Below are positions 30,207 to 40,014 of a stretch of 64,000 bases of DNA, piece by piece. How positions within the stretch are numbered: the first letter of the stretch is position 1; each line of letters opens with the position of its first letter. The stretch is taken from assembly GCA_963713045.1 (NCBI GenBank), contig CAVQKE010000001.1, forward strand, positions 128,001-192,000. The letters are read 5' to 3'. A program made the position numbers and the translations under genes. The notes under the pieces are model-generated. The model searched no databases. It was given only the letters and a program-made list of their open reading frames with translations, and was not told the DNA's origin. The DNA comes from an uncultured delta proteobacterium. GTDB lineage: Bacteria > Myxococcota > Myxococcia > Myxococcales > Myxococcaceae.

Positions 30207-31217
30207 TCAGGCCGCGCTGGCGGTCAGTTGCTCGGGGGCAGCGGGCCGTGTGGCTTGGGCTTCCAGGGCGGCGAAGGTGATGTGCTGGCGGCCGCAGGCG
30301 CGCCGGAAAGCGCACCTGGCGCACTCGGTGAGGTCCTCGGTCTTTGCAAACTCGGCCGCATCGGCCGGGACGTTTTGCGCGGCGTTCAGCAGCAAGGCCT
30401 GCATGGAACGCACGCTCTCCTCGAAGAGGACGCGGTAGCGCTCGAGGGTGTTTTGGTCGACGCGGACCTCCACCTCTTCCCCTTGGTTGACGAAGACCAG
30501 GAGGCAACGCACCGACTCAGGCGGCACCCGGTAGCGGTGGGCCAGGTAGAGGGCGTAGCCCACCACCTGGTCCTCGTACCCTTCGCGCATTTTCCCCGTC
30601 TTCCAGTCGACCACCGTGATGCGCCCCTCGTCGTCGCGAAAGACAAAGTCGGGAATGGCGAACACCCGCACGCCCTGCAAGTCGAAGTTGCTCTTCTGTG
30701 CGCCCTCGTCCACTTCGAGCCACTGGTCGGCCCGGAGGGCGCGGGCGCGCTCAACCCACGCCGAGGCGAGAAACCAGCGCAAGCCCTGCTCCACCGTCTG
30801 CCAGTTTCGCTTCCATTCCTCGGCCGGCACCGGCTCGTCGTACTCGTGCTCCACCAGGCCAGTGAAGTCCGGCCGCCGCTTGCCCTCCTCCCAATAGGAC
30901 TTGCCGCGCGAATAGACCCAGTCCCGCTGCATTTGCTGGTGCGCGCGCCGCAGCACCGCTTCGCCGTCCACCGCTCGCTCAGCCTGAATGTTGCGCAGCA
31001 CATCTCGGATGTGCGCATGCACCACGTTGCCGGCCCAGTTGAAACGGTTGGCCAGCCGCTTCAGGGTGAAAAGCTGGCGCGCTTCCTCGGACGCACCATT
31101 TTCCCAACCACCCCAGCTACCGTAGTAGTGGAGGAAGTAAGCGCGGCGGCAGCCGGAAAACTTCTCGTGCCGGCTCTTCGACCAGCTGAAGTCGTTGGTG
31201 ATGACGTTGTGAGGCAT
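30207..31217 (-). CDS. PD-(D/E)XK nuclease-family protein with four-Cys Fe-S-staple-like arrangement
   Basis: SWS...FSGCRR near the N-terminus, IPDF...VVDWKTG...QVVGY core, CARCAFRRAC at the C-terminus. Confidence 0.85.
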   Translation of the reverse strand: MPHNVITNDFSWSKSRHEKFSGCRRAYFLHYYGSWGGWENGASEEARQLFTLKRLANRFNWAGNVVHAHIRDVLRNIQAERAVDGEAVLRRAHQQMQRDWVYSRGKSYWEEGKRRPDFTGLVEHEYDEPVPAEEWKRNWQTVEQGLRWFLASAWVERARALRADQWLEVDEGAQKSNFDLQGVRVFAIPDFVFRDDEGRITVVDWKTGKMREGYEDQVVGYALYLAHRYRVPPESVRCLLVFVNQGEEVEVRVDQNTLERYRVLFEESVRSMQALLLNAAQNVPADAAEFAKTEDLTECARCAFRRACGRQHITFAALEAQATRPAAPEQLTASAA

Positions 31218-31280
31218 GGGCGTACGTGTGAGGCACTCTAGCCGCTGCCTCTGTCAGCCAGGGAGGTAGGGTGGCGGCCC

Positions 31281-32531
31281 GTGGCACTTGTCCCGCGCAC
31301 CCGACAGACGGCCGTCGGGCCCAGACCGCCGGTGGTGGACGCTGACGCGGCACTCCGGCACGCGCTGCTCGCTTGGTACGACGCCCAGGCACGGGACCTT
31401 CCGTGGCGTCGAAGCCGTGACGCGTATGCCATTTGGGTGAGTGAAGTCATGCTGCAGCAGACGCAGGTGGCCGTTGTCCTGCGCTACTGGGCCCCCTTTC
31501 TGGCACGCTTCCCGACCCTCGAAAGCCTGGCCAGCGCTCCTTTGGGCGCGGTGCTCGGCGCCTGGCGTGGCCTCGGCTACTACGCCCGGGCGCGCAGCCT
31601 GCACCGCGCAGCACAGGCGGTGGTGGAGCGCCATGGGGGCGTCCTGCCGGCCTCGGCCAGCGCGCTGGCCGAGCTTCCGGGCTTCGGCCGCTACACGGTG
31701 GGCGCCGTGGCCAGCATTGCCTTCGGCTTGCCGCAGCCGGTGGTGGACGGCAACGTGGCCCGGGTGCTGTCGCGCCTCTTCGCAGAGCACGGTGCGCCCG
31801 GAGCACCCGAACGGGAGAGACGCCTTTGGGCGCTGGCCCGTCGGCTGCTCTGCGCCCAGCGGCCGGGCGACTGGAACCAGGCGGTGATGGAGCTGGGGGC
31901 CTCGGTGTGCCGCCCCAGCAACCCCAGCTGCCTTCTGTGCCCGGTCCGGCAACACTGCAAGGCGCTGGCCCGTGGCGAGGTGGACGTCCTGCCCCGACGG
32001 CGCCCAGCCCCCAAAAGGCAACAGCTGCGCCTGGCGGTGGCGGTGGTCCGCCGGCGCGGGCGACTGCTGTGGGGACGGCGCCCAGCGCAAGGCCTCTTCG
32101 GCGGCCTGTGGGAGCTGCCGGCGGCAGCATTGCCGGCGAACGCGACCGAAGACGAGGAGCGCCAAGCCCTCCAGGGGCTCCTGGGGCCCGGGACGCGCGT
32201 GGGCGCGGGCCTCGGCAGCGTCCACCGCACCCTCACCCACCGGGCGCTCACCCTCTCACTCTTCGCCGTGCGGCCTGCCGGCCACCCACGGCAGGGGGCG
32301 TATGTGGAGCTGCGTTGGGCGAGCGCCGCTGAGGCGTCCACCCTGGGCGTCAGCGCAGCCATGCAGGCAGCCGTCGCCCAGGCCGAGGCCAGCACGTCAA
32401 AGAAGTTGCCAGCCTCGCGCCGGGGCAAAAGCCCCCGTGCCCTGGGCAGCGCCCCACCGGAACGGCCGGCACCCGAGAGGCGCCTTCTGCCTCGGCCGCG
32501 GCCCTGGAAACCACCCCACCTCCCTGGTTAA
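31281..32531 (+). CDS. mutY: A/G-specific adenine glycosylase
   Basis: RDLPWR, WVSEVMLQQT, GLGYYARAR, VDGNVARV, CRPSNPSCLLCPVRQHC and GLWELP; start uncertain. Confidence 0.93.
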   Translation: MALVPRTRQTAVGPRPPVVDADAALRHALLAWYDAQARDLPWRRSRDAYAIWVSEVMLQQTQVAVVLRYWAPFLARFPTLESLASAPLGAVLGAWRGLGYYARARSLHRAAQAVVERHGGVLPASASALAELPGFGRYTVGAVASIAFGLPQPVVDGNVARVLSRLFAEHGAPGAPERERRLWALARRLLCAQRPGDWNQAVMELGASVCRPSNPSCLLCPVRQHCKALARGEVDVLPRRRPAPKRQQLRLAVAVVRRRGRLLWGRRPAQGLFGGLWELPAAALPANATEDEERQALQGLLGPGTRVGAGLGSVHRTLTHRALTLSLFAVRPAGHPRQGAYVELRWASAAEASTLGVSAAMQAAVAQAEASTSKKLPASRRGKSPRALGSAPPERPAPERRLLPRPRPWKPPHLPG

Positions 32532-32540
32532 GGAGGGGCC

Positions 32541-33209
32541 ATGTCCCTCTTCTTCAACAGCACCAAGTCCAGGCTCCCCACCGCGGAGGAGGCGCTGCGG
32601 GGCCGTACGCAGCCCATCGCTGTGCCAGCCAAGCACTTCGTCAACGGCGCACCCCTGGTGCCGCCCTTTCCGGCAGGCAGTGAAGTCGCCACCTTTGGGA
32701 TGGGGTGCTTCTGGGGAGCGGAAAAAAAGTTCTGGCAGCTTCCCGGCGTCATCTCCACCATGGTGGGGTACGTGGGCGGTCTCACCCCCAACCCCACCTA
32801 CCAGGAGGTGTGCAGCGGCCGCACCGGGCACGCCGAGGTGGTGCAGGTGGTGTTCGACCCGAAAAAAGTTTCTTACCAGCGGCTGCTTCAGGAATTCTGG
32901 GAGAACCACGACCCAACCCAGGGCATGCGGCAGGGGAATGACGCCGGCACCCAATACCGCAGCGCCGTGTACACGCATTCCGAGGAGCAAGCGCGGGCGG
33001 CGGCCGCCTCGCGGGAGAGTTACCAGCGCGTCCTCACCGCCGCAGGGTTTGGCCCCATCACCACGGAGATTCGCCCGGCCCCGCCATTTTACTACGCCGA
33101 GGAATACCACCAGCAGTACCTGGCCAAAAACCCGGACGGCTACTGCGGAATTGGCGGCTGTGGGGTCTCCTTCGCACCGAAGGCCACTGCGGAGGCCAGC
33201 CCGGCCTGA
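32541..33209 (+). CDS. msrA: Peptide-methionine (S)-S-oxide reductase
   Basis: [25 protein letters not shown] and AEEYHQQYL motifs; SD AAGGAGG. Confidence 0.96.
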   Translation: MSLFFNSTKSRLPTAEEALRGRTQPIAVPAKHFVNGAPLVPPFPAGSEVATFGMGCFWGAEKKFWQLPGVISTMVGYVGGLTPNPTYQEVCSGRTGHAEVVQVVFDPKKVSYQRLLQEFWENHDPTQGMRQGNDAGTQYRSAVYTHSEEQARAAAASRESYQRVLTAAGFGPITTEIRPAPPFYYAEEYHQQYLAKNPDGYCGIGGCGVSFAPKATAEASPA

Positions 33210-33323
33210 CCGGCGGCGGGAGTCGGGCCCCGCCCTCGGCCGCAGGGGGGAAGGCCGTCCCATCAGATGAAGGCGCCTGCTTCCAGCGAGGCCGAAGCCG
33301 GCGTCAACCTTGAAAGGTGAACA

Positions 33324-35432
33324 ATGCGTTTTTCAGCTTCATCGGCCGCTGTTCTCATCGCCCTTGTCGCCGTCAGCCGCGCGGCCGCGGCCGAGGAGGC
33401 CGACCCCTACCTGTGGCTTGAGGAGTGGAAGAGCCCCAAGGTGATGGCGTGGATTGAAGCGGAAAACGCCAAGACCCTGGCCGTGCTGGAGGGCGACCGG
33501 AGGTACGCCGGGTTTTACCGCGATGCGTTGGCCATTGCCGAGGCCAAGGAACGCATCCCGACGCCGAGTTTTTTGGCGGGCGCACTCTTCAATTTCTGGC
33601 AGGACGTCCATCACGTTCGCGGAGTGTGGCGGCGCACGACAGCGGCCAGCTACCGCGACCAGCATCCGCACTGGCAGACGGTGTTGGACCTGGACGCCCT
33701 CGCCCAGAGCGAGAAAGCCAATTGGGCATGGAAGGGCGTGGACTGCGCCGAGCCACGGGAGCTGCGGTGCATGGTGTTGCTCTCCGATGGCGGGGAGGAC
33801 GCAGTCACCCTCCGGGAGTTTGACCTCCCGTCGAGACACTTCCTCCGCGCGGGGTTCGTCCTGCCGCGGGGAAAGCAGCGGGCTGCCTGGCAAGACGACG
33901 ACACGCTGTTGGTGTCGCGTGAATGGGCCCCTGGGGAGATGACCGCCTCGGGCTATCCCTTCATCGTCAAGCGGTGGAAACGTGGCCAGCCGTTGGGTGC
34001 GGCGACCGAAGTCTTTCGCGGCTCGGCGCAGGACGGGGGCTATGGCGTGTCACCGCTGGCTCTCCATGACGGGACCGGGCACCAAGTGCTGCTGATTCTG
34101 CGTCCCCGGTCGACGTTCGAGGCCGAATACCATCTCATCACCACAGGGGGTGTGAAACGGCTCGCCCTCCCGCTCAAGGCGCAAGTCGAGGACTTCGTCT
34201 CCAACCAGCTGCTGGTCAGCTTGGCGGAGGACTGGAGCCCCTCTCCAGGCGTTCACCTTGCGCAGGGCACCTTGGTGGCCATCGACGCCACGGCGGCCTC
34301 GGCGGACCCAGCGCATTTGCAGCCGGTGGTGGTTTACGCACCCGGTCCGCGCGAGAGCTTTCAGGCCAGCCTCTCCACCCGGGACTCCCTGGTGGTCGCG
34401 ACGCTGGACAACGTTCAAGGCCGGGCGTCGGTCTATCAGCGGAAGGCCGACGGAACCTGGGCCCAGAAACCGCTGCCCGTCCCGGCCAACGCCTCGGTGC
34501 AGCTGGTCGATGGGAACCTGCACGGCGACGAGGCCTTCCTCGAGCTGACTGGCTTTCTACAACCCTCCTCGTTGGTCCTGGCCAACGCAGCGACTGACGC
34601 CCTCACCCCGGTGAAGCAATTGCCAGCGCAATTCGACGCGAGCCGGGACGTGGTGGAACAGTTCGAAGCAACCTCTTCCGATGGCACACAGGTGCCGTAT
34701 TTTGTCGTCCATCCGGTCAAGATGAAGCTGGATGGCAACAATCCCACCATTCTCTATGCCTACGGCGGCTTTCAAGTCATCGAGGCGCCGTCCTATTCCG
34801 GCGTGCGGGGCAAGCTTTGGCTCGAGCAAGGCGGAGTCTTCGTCCTAGCCAACATCCGTGGCGGAGGTGAGTTCGGTCCCGCTTGGCACGAGGCCGGGCT
34901 GAAGACCCATCGACAGCGCATCTACGATGATTTCGCCGCGGTGGCGCGTGACTTATTTGCCCGGAAAATCACCAGTCCGCGTCGGCTGGGGATTGTCGGC
35001 GGTTCCAACGGGGGACTGCTGATGGGCGTGGAATTCACCCAGCATCCGGAGCTGTGGCGCGCGGTGGATATCCAGGTCCCCCTCTTGGACATGCTGCGGT
35101 TCGAGAAGATTGCGGCCGGTCCGTCCTGGGTTGGAGAGTATGGAAGCGTGTCGGTGCCGGAGGAACGGGCGTTTCTGGCGTCCATCTCGCCCTATGAAAA
35201 CCTCAAGCGGGGCGTCCAATACCCGGAGCCCTTTATCTGGACGACGACCAAGGACGACCGCGTTGGGCCGCAGCATGCAAGAAAATTTGCCGCACGGCTT
35301 TCGGAGCTGGGGATTCCTTACCTCTTCTATGAGATTACAGAAGGCGGCCACGGCTCGGGCATCAACTTGAAAGAGACTGCCAAGATGAGCGCGCTTGAAA
35401 TGACCTACTTCGCCCGCAAGCTGATGGACTAA
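33324..35432 (+). CDS. Exported prolyl oligopeptidase (S9A)
   Basis: Signal peptide; DPYLWLE, YGGF, NIRGGGEFG, GGSNGG, DDRV and GGHG motifs. Confidence 0.93.
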   Translation: MRFSASSAAVLIALVAVSRAAAAEEADPYLWLEEWKSPKVMAWIEAENAKTLAVLEGDRRYAGFYRDALAIAEAKERIPTPSFLAGALFNFWQDVHHVRGVWRRTTAASYRDQHPHWQTVLDLDALAQSEKANWAWKGVDCAEPRELRCMVLLSDGGEDAVTLREFDLPSRHFLRAGFVLPRGKQRAAWQDDDTLLVSREWAPGEMTASGYPFIVKRWKRGQPLGAATEVFRGSAQDGGYGVSPLALHDGTGHQVLLILRPRSTFEAEYHLITTGGVKRLALPLKAQVEDFVSNQLLVSLAEDWSPSPGVHLAQGTLVAIDATAASADPAHLQPVVVYAPGPRESFQASLSTRDSLVVATLDNVQGRASVYQRKADGTWAQKPLPVPANASVQLVDGNLHGDEAFLELTGFLQPSSLVLANAATDALTPVKQLPAQFDASRDVVEQFEATSSDGTQVPYFVVHPVKMKLDGNNPTILYAYGGFQVIEAPSYSGVRGKLWLEQGGVFVLANIRGGGEFGPAWHEAGLKTHRQRIYDDFAAVARDLFARKITSPRRLGIVGGSNGGLLMGVEFTQHPELWRAVDIQVPLLDMLRFEKIAAGPSWVGEYGSVSVPEERAFLASISPYENLKRGVQYPEPFIWTTTKDDRVGPQHARKFAARLSELGIPYLFYEITEGGHGSGINLKETAKMSALEMTYFARKLMD

Positions 35433-35448
35433 AGTCAGCCCCAGGCCG

Positions 35449-36165
35449 CTACAGCCCGAGGTACGCTTCGCGAATCCCCCTGTCCTGCGTCAGGGCCGCC
35501 GCCGTCCCTTCCGTCACCAGCTTGCCGTTTTCGATGACGTAGCCCCAGTCGGCAATCTCCAGGCCTTCCATCACCTTTTGCTCGACCATCAGCACCGTCA
35601 CTGTCTTGGCCAATTCGCGCACCGCCGCCAGCGTCTGCTCGGTCAGCTTGGGGGATAGCCCGAGGGAAGGCTCGTCCAGGAGGAGCAGTTTCGGCTCGGA
35701 CATCATCCCTCGGGCGATGGCCACCATTTGCTGTTCCCCTCCGGACAGGGTCCCGGCCACCTGTCGGCGCCGCTCCGCCAGCCGGGGGAAAAGCTGATAC
35801 ATTCTCGCCACGTTTTCGCGCCGCCGCTTGCGAGCGCGCGGCAAATAGGAGCCGAGCCAGAGGTTCTCCTCCACACTCATCTCTGGAAAAAGTTGCCGGC
35901 CCTCTGGCACGTGGGCAATGCCCAACTGGACAATGTCCGCCGCCGAGAAGCCGGTGATGTCCTGTCCCTGGAAGCGCACCTGGCCCGACCGCGGCCGCAA
36001 CAGGCCGGAGATGACGCGGAGGCAAGTCGTCTTCCCAGCCCCGTTGCCGCCGAGGAGCGCCACCACCTGCGAAGGACGCACCTGGAAGCTGATGCCAAAC
36101 AGCGCCTGAAAGTCGCCGTAAAAGGCCACCAGTCGGTCCACTTCGAGGAGCGTTTCGGAAGTCAC
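35449..36165 (-). CDS. livF: Branched-chain amino acid-type ABC transporter ATPase (LivF-like)
   Basis: GGNGAGKTT, VPEGR, LSGGEQQM, LDEPSLGL and AYLG motifs. Confidence 0.9.
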   Translation of the reverse strand: MTSETLLEVDRLVAFYGDFQALFGISFQVRPSQVVALLGGNGAGKTTCLRVISGLLRPRSGQVRFQGQDITGFSAADIVQLGIAHVPEGRQLFPEMSVEENLWLGSYLPRARKRRRENVARMYQLFPRLAERRRQVAGTLSGGEQQMVAIARGMMSEPKLLLLDEPSLGLSPKLTEQTLAAVRELAKTVTVLMVEQKVMEGLEIADWGYVIENGKLVTEGTAAALTQDRGIREAYLGL

Positions 36166-36905
36166 CGCTGGGCGCCGCCCGTCCGGTACTTGCTGCCGAG
36201 ATAGGCCTCAACCACCCGCGTGTCGTGGACCACCGCCTCGGGGGTGCCCTCGGCCAGCTTGGCCCCCTGGTCCATCACCACCACCCGGCTGGCCAGCGCC
36301 ATCACCACCCGCATGATGTGTTCCACCCCGCCCACGGCGGTGACGCCGAAGTCCTTCAGCTGCTTCAAAAGGTGCACCACTTCGGCCGACTCGGCGGGGT
36401 TGAGCCCGGCCATCACCTCGTCAAGCAGCAACAGCTTTGCGCCGGTGGCCAGGGCACGGGCCACCTCCAGCAGCTTGCGCTGGGCCAGCGGCAGCCCGGA
36501 CGCCAGCTGGTCGGCGCGCTTGAGCAGCCCCAGAAACTCCAGCACCTGGTCGGCTTTTCGCGATGCCTCGGCCCGCGAGCGCGCGTGGAGGAAGGAGCCA
36601 AGCATGACGTTTTCCCGGACAGTGAGGCTGGGCAACGGCTTCACAATTTGGAAGGTGCGGCCGATGCCCAGCCGCGTCGTCTGGTAGGGCTTGAGTCCCA
36701 CCAGGTTTTGCCCCCGGTAGAGGATTTCACCGGAGTCCGCGGTGAGATAGCCGGAGATGAGGTTGAACAGCGTCGTCTTCCCAGCGCCATTGGGGCCGAT
36801 GATGAACACGACGTCGCCCTCCTCGATGTCGAAGCTGACGTCGTTGGTGGCGAGCAGCCCGCCAAAGCGCTTCACCACGTGCTTCAGCTGCAGCAGGGGG
36901 GCCAC
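36162..36905 (-). CDS. livG: Branched-chain amino acid-type ABC transporter ATPase (LivG-like)
   Basis: KRFGGL, GPNGAGKTT, RTFQ, LDEVMAGL and AYLG motifs; GTG start at 36905. Confidence 0.9.
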   Translation of the reverse strand: MAPLLQLKHVVKRFGGLLATNDVSFDIEEGDVVFIIGPNGAGKTTLFNLISGYLTADSGEILYRGQNLVGLKPYQTTRLGIGRTFQIVKPLPSLTVRENVMLGSFLHARSRAEASRKADQVLEFLGLLKRADQLASGLPLAQRKLLEVARALATGAKLLLLDEVMAGLNPAESAEVVHLLKQLKDFGVTAVGGVEHIMRVVMALASRVVVMDQGAKLAEGTPEAVVHDTRVVEAYLGSKYRTGGAQR

Positions 36906-36915
36906 CGTCGCTCCT

Positions 36916-37863
36916 TCAAGCGGTCTCGGTGCCGGCCGGCCTTCGGCGCCACCAGCGCTGCTTGGCGATGGAGACCAGTCCACCGGGGAGAAAGAGAACC
37001 ACCAGCACCAACAGCAGCCCATAGAAGAAGGTGTGGGCCCGCTCCAGGTAGGTCTTGAGTGCCTCGGCCGCGACGGTCAGCACCACCGCGCCCACCATCG
37101 GGCCCCACACCGTGGCGGCCCCGCCCAACATGGCGATGAGCGCCATCTGCACCGACAAGTCGATGCTCAGCACGCTGTCCGGGCCGATGAATTGGAACAC
37201 CCCGGCGTACAGCGAGCCGGCGGCCGACACCAGCGCCGCGGACAAGAGGAGCGCCTTCAGCTTTTCCACCGCTGGATTGATGCCCACCGCCATGGCGGTG
37301 TCCTCGTTCTCGCGGATGGCCCGCAGCGAGTAGCCGAAGCGGCTGACGTCGGTCCAGCCGCTCAAAGCAAAGGCCAGCGCCAACAGCGGCAATGCTGCGT
37401 AGTACGTCTTCCGGTCGCCGTTGGGCTCCTCGAAGAAGCCGGGAGCAATCATCCCGATGGCCCCGTGGGTGAAGGACAGGTTGAGCGCCAGAAGTCGGAG
37501 GATTTCGGCGGCGGCGATGGTGGACAACACGAAGTACGGGCCACGCAGCCGGAAGGTGAGGCTGCCGATGACCAGCGCCGCCAGGCAGGCCAAGACGACG
37601 CCGGCCAACAGGCCGAGCCAAGGGTTCCACTGGAAGGACTCGTGGAAGAGGGCCAGGCTGTAGGCCCCGATGCCGAAGTAAGCGACGTGCCCCAGCGACA
37701 GCTGTCCGGCGTAGCCGCCGAGCAGATTCCAAGCCATGCCGAGGATGGCAAACACCACCACCCGGAAGACAATTTGCTGGAAGTAAGCGTCGCGCAGCCA
37801 CAGCGGCAGGCTCAACAGGAGAGCGAACAAGACCATCGCCGGCACCCAACGTGCTCGACTCAT
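36916..37863 (-). CDS. livM: ABC permease (LivM-like)
   Basis: NLLGGYAGQLSLGH, RLRGPYF, AIRENE and LGGAATVWGP motifs. Confidence 0.9.
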   Translation of the reverse strand: MSRARWVPAMVLFALLLSLPLWLRDAYFQQIVFRVVVFAILGMAWNLLGGYAGQLSLGHVAYFGIGAYSLALFHESFQWNPWLGLLAGVVLACLAALVIGSLTFRLRGPYFVLSTIAAAEILRLLALNLSFTHGAIGMIAPGFFEEPNGDRKTYYAALPLLALAFALSGWTDVSRFGYSLRAIRENEDTAMAVGINPAVEKLKALLLSAALVSAAGSLYAGVFQFIGPDSVLSIDLSVQMALIAMLGGAATVWGPMVGAVVLTVAAEALKTYLERAHTFFYGLLLVLVVLFLPGGLVSIAKQRWWRRRPAGTETA

Positions 37864-38723
37864 GGCGCCTTCTTGCCGAACAGGCCCTGGGGCCGGAGCA
37901 GCAGCACCGCCAGGAAGAGGACGAAGTCCACCACCTGGGTGTAGCTGTCGGACCAGTAGTAGGCAGTCAGCCCTTCGGTCACGCCGAGAATGATGCCGCC
38001 CAGCGCCGCGCCCTCCACGCTGCCCATCCCCCCCAACACCACGATGACGAAGGACTTGAGGTTGTAGGGGCCGCCGACGGTGGGGTTGACGTAAAAAATC
38101 GGGAGCAGGAGGGCGCCGGCTCCGCCCGCGCAGGCCACCCCAAAGGCGAAGGAGATGCCGGAAATCCACCGCACCCGGATGCCCATCAGCGAGGCCACCG
38201 TCGGGTTTTGGGCCACCCCGCGGATGGCCCGGCCCATCTCGGTGTACTTCATGTAGAGGTACATGCTGGTCACGCCGAGCACGGCGATGAGGAAGGACAC
38301 CGCGTAGGCGACGTTGAAGTTGAGGGGCCCAACGTTGGCGGTGCGGTCGGCCAACGGAAGGCTGATGGAGCGGTAGTCGCCGGTGAAGAGCAGCTGCGCG
38401 GCACCCACCAGGCACAGCGAAATGCCTTCCGTCAAAAGAATTTGAAGGAAGTCCGACTGCGCCATCACCCGCCGAATGAGGAGCCAGTAGACCGCCATCC
38501 CGATGATGAACAGCGCGGCACCCACCAGTGCGCAGCCCCAGTAGGGGTTGATTCTGAAAAGCGTGTAGCCGAAGTAGGCGAGGTACATGCCCACCATCAG
38601 AAAGGCGCCGTGGGCGAAGTTGACCAGCCGCATCACGCCGAAGACCAGCGCCATCCCCATGGCGATGAGGGCGTAGATGCCCCCCACCAGGACACCGTTG
38701 AGAATGGCCTGGAGCGCGGCCAC
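37860..38723 (-). CDS. livH: ABC permease (LivH-like)
   Basis: LVFGVMRLVNFAHG, MGRAIR and VVLGGMGS motifs. Confidence 0.9.
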   Translation of the reverse strand: MAALQAILNGVLVGGIYALIAMGMALVFGVMRLVNFAHGAFLMVGMYLAYFGYTLFRINPYWGCALVGAALFIIGMAVYWLLIRRVMAQSDFLQILLTEGISLCLVGAAQLLFTGDYRSISLPLADRTANVGPLNFNVAYAVSFLIAVLGVTSMYLYMKYTEMGRAIRGVAQNPTVASLMGIRVRWISGISFAFGVACAGGAGALLLPIFYVNPTVGGPYNLKSFVIVVLGGMGSVEGAALGGIILGVTEGLTAYYWSDSYTQVVDFVLFLAVLLLRPQGLFGKKAP

Positions 38724-38729
38724 GGGGAG

Positions 38730-39896
38730 TTATGGCCGGGCAGACCAGGGCGGAGTCGGGAGGATGACTTGCGCGGTGGCCTGGTCGGCCGGGGCCACAA
38801 TCTGGAAGGCGCCCTTTTGTACCTGGGTGATGAGCACCGGGTGCTGGTTCTGCTGGTTGACGAATTTAATCGGACCAAAGATGCTCATCATCTCCGTCTT
38901 GGCGATGGCGTCGCGGATGGCCGCTGGCTCCCATTTGCCAGCGCGCTTCAGGGCGTCGGCGACAATTTTCAGGCTCACGTAGGCCTGGACTGCGTGGTAA
39001 CTCGGATATTCACCCCACCGCGCCTTCACCGTATCGGCGAATTGGGCACTGCCCGGCCACTTGGACTCGCGCATCCATTGCTGGCCGCTGAGGGTGTACT
39101 CGGCGTCCTTGCCGGCACCGACGAGAAAGGCCGGCAGTGCGAAGCCGGTCCCGGCTGAGGTGTACACCCGCGGGTTGAGGTTGACTTGGCGCGCCTGCTT
39201 CATCAGCTGGGTGGCGTCGAGAAGGTAGCTGGCGAAGTAAATCGCCTCCGGCGCCTTCTCTTTCACCTTCTGCAGCATGGCGGTGTAGGAGGGGCTCCCG
39301 GCGCCGTAGGCTTCGTCCGCCACCACCGGGATGCCAAAAGTCTTGGCCCAGGTCCGCATGGCAGCGCCGTTGGCCTGACCGAAGTTGGTGTTCTCATAAA
39401 CGATGGCCATCGTCTTCGGCAGCCCGGTGGCCTTGAGGAAGTCAACGGTGGCGTGGGCCAAGTCGTTGGCGCCCGAGCAAACCCGGAAGACCCACGGGCT
39501 CTTGCTGGCGAGCACGTTGTCGGCCGTTGCGGTGGGAATGAGGAGGGGCACCTGGCGCTTGACGATGGCAGGGACCACTGCCAGCGTGGACTGACTGGCG
39601 TAGGCGCCGATGACCACCGGGACCTTGTCCTGGTCGACCAGCTTGCTGACGCCCTGCACCGCCACGTCGGCCTTGCTCTGGTCATCGTACTTCACCAATT
39701 CGAGCGGCTTTCCCAGCACCCCGCCGCTGGCGTTGATTTCCTCAAGGGCCAGCGTGTAGCCGCGTTCGTGCTGGGTGCCGAAGGCCTGCTCAGAGCCGGT
39801 GACGGAGGTAATGATTCCCACCTTCTGCGCATAGCCCTGCGCCCAGGCGCTTGAAGTGGCGAGGAGGAAGCCTGCGACAACCGTCCGCACGAGCAT
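38730..39896 (-). CDS. LivJ/K-type periplasmic substrate-binding protein
   Basis: Signal peptide; EINASGGVLGKPLELVKYDD, IGAYAS, WVFR and ENTNFG; ligand unknown. Confidence 0.88.
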   Translation of the reverse strand: MLVRTVVAGFLLATSSAWAQGYAQKVGIITSVTGSEQAFGTQHERGYTLALEEINASGGVLGKPLELVKYDDQSKADVAVQGVSKLVDQDKVPVVIGAYASQSTLAVVPAIVKRQVPLLIPTATADNVLASKSPWVFRVCSGANDLAHATVDFLKATGLPKTMAIVYENTNFGQANGAAMRTWAKTFGIPVVADEAYGAGSPSYTAMLQKVKEKAPEAIYFASYLLDATQLMKQARQVNLNPRVYTSAGTGFALPAFLVGAGKDAEYTLSGQQWMRESKWPGSAQFADTVKARWGEYPSYHAVQAYVSLKIVADALKRAGKWEPAAIRDAIAKTEMMSIFGPIKFVNQQNQHPVLITQVQKGAFQIVAPADQATAQVILPTPPWSARP

Positions 39897-40014
39897 GGGG
39901 ACTGCCCTCCCGCGCCAACAACGGGCGCCCTTGCAAGCACCGCCTGCGGTGAGACTCCTGCCTAAACCAGCGGGCCCAGCCCAGCAATGCCAAACCACTG
40001 GACACCGCAGCGCG

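Noticed and set aside
30207..31217. Cas4 / CRISPR system
   Set aside because: No repeat-spacer array and no cas1/cas2 anywhere in the window; the fold is shared with non-CRISPR nucleases.
32541..33209. Possible selenocysteine in MsrA (or TrxB), given selD
   Set aside because: Both have ordinary Cys codons (GCFWG; CATC) and uninterrupted frames.
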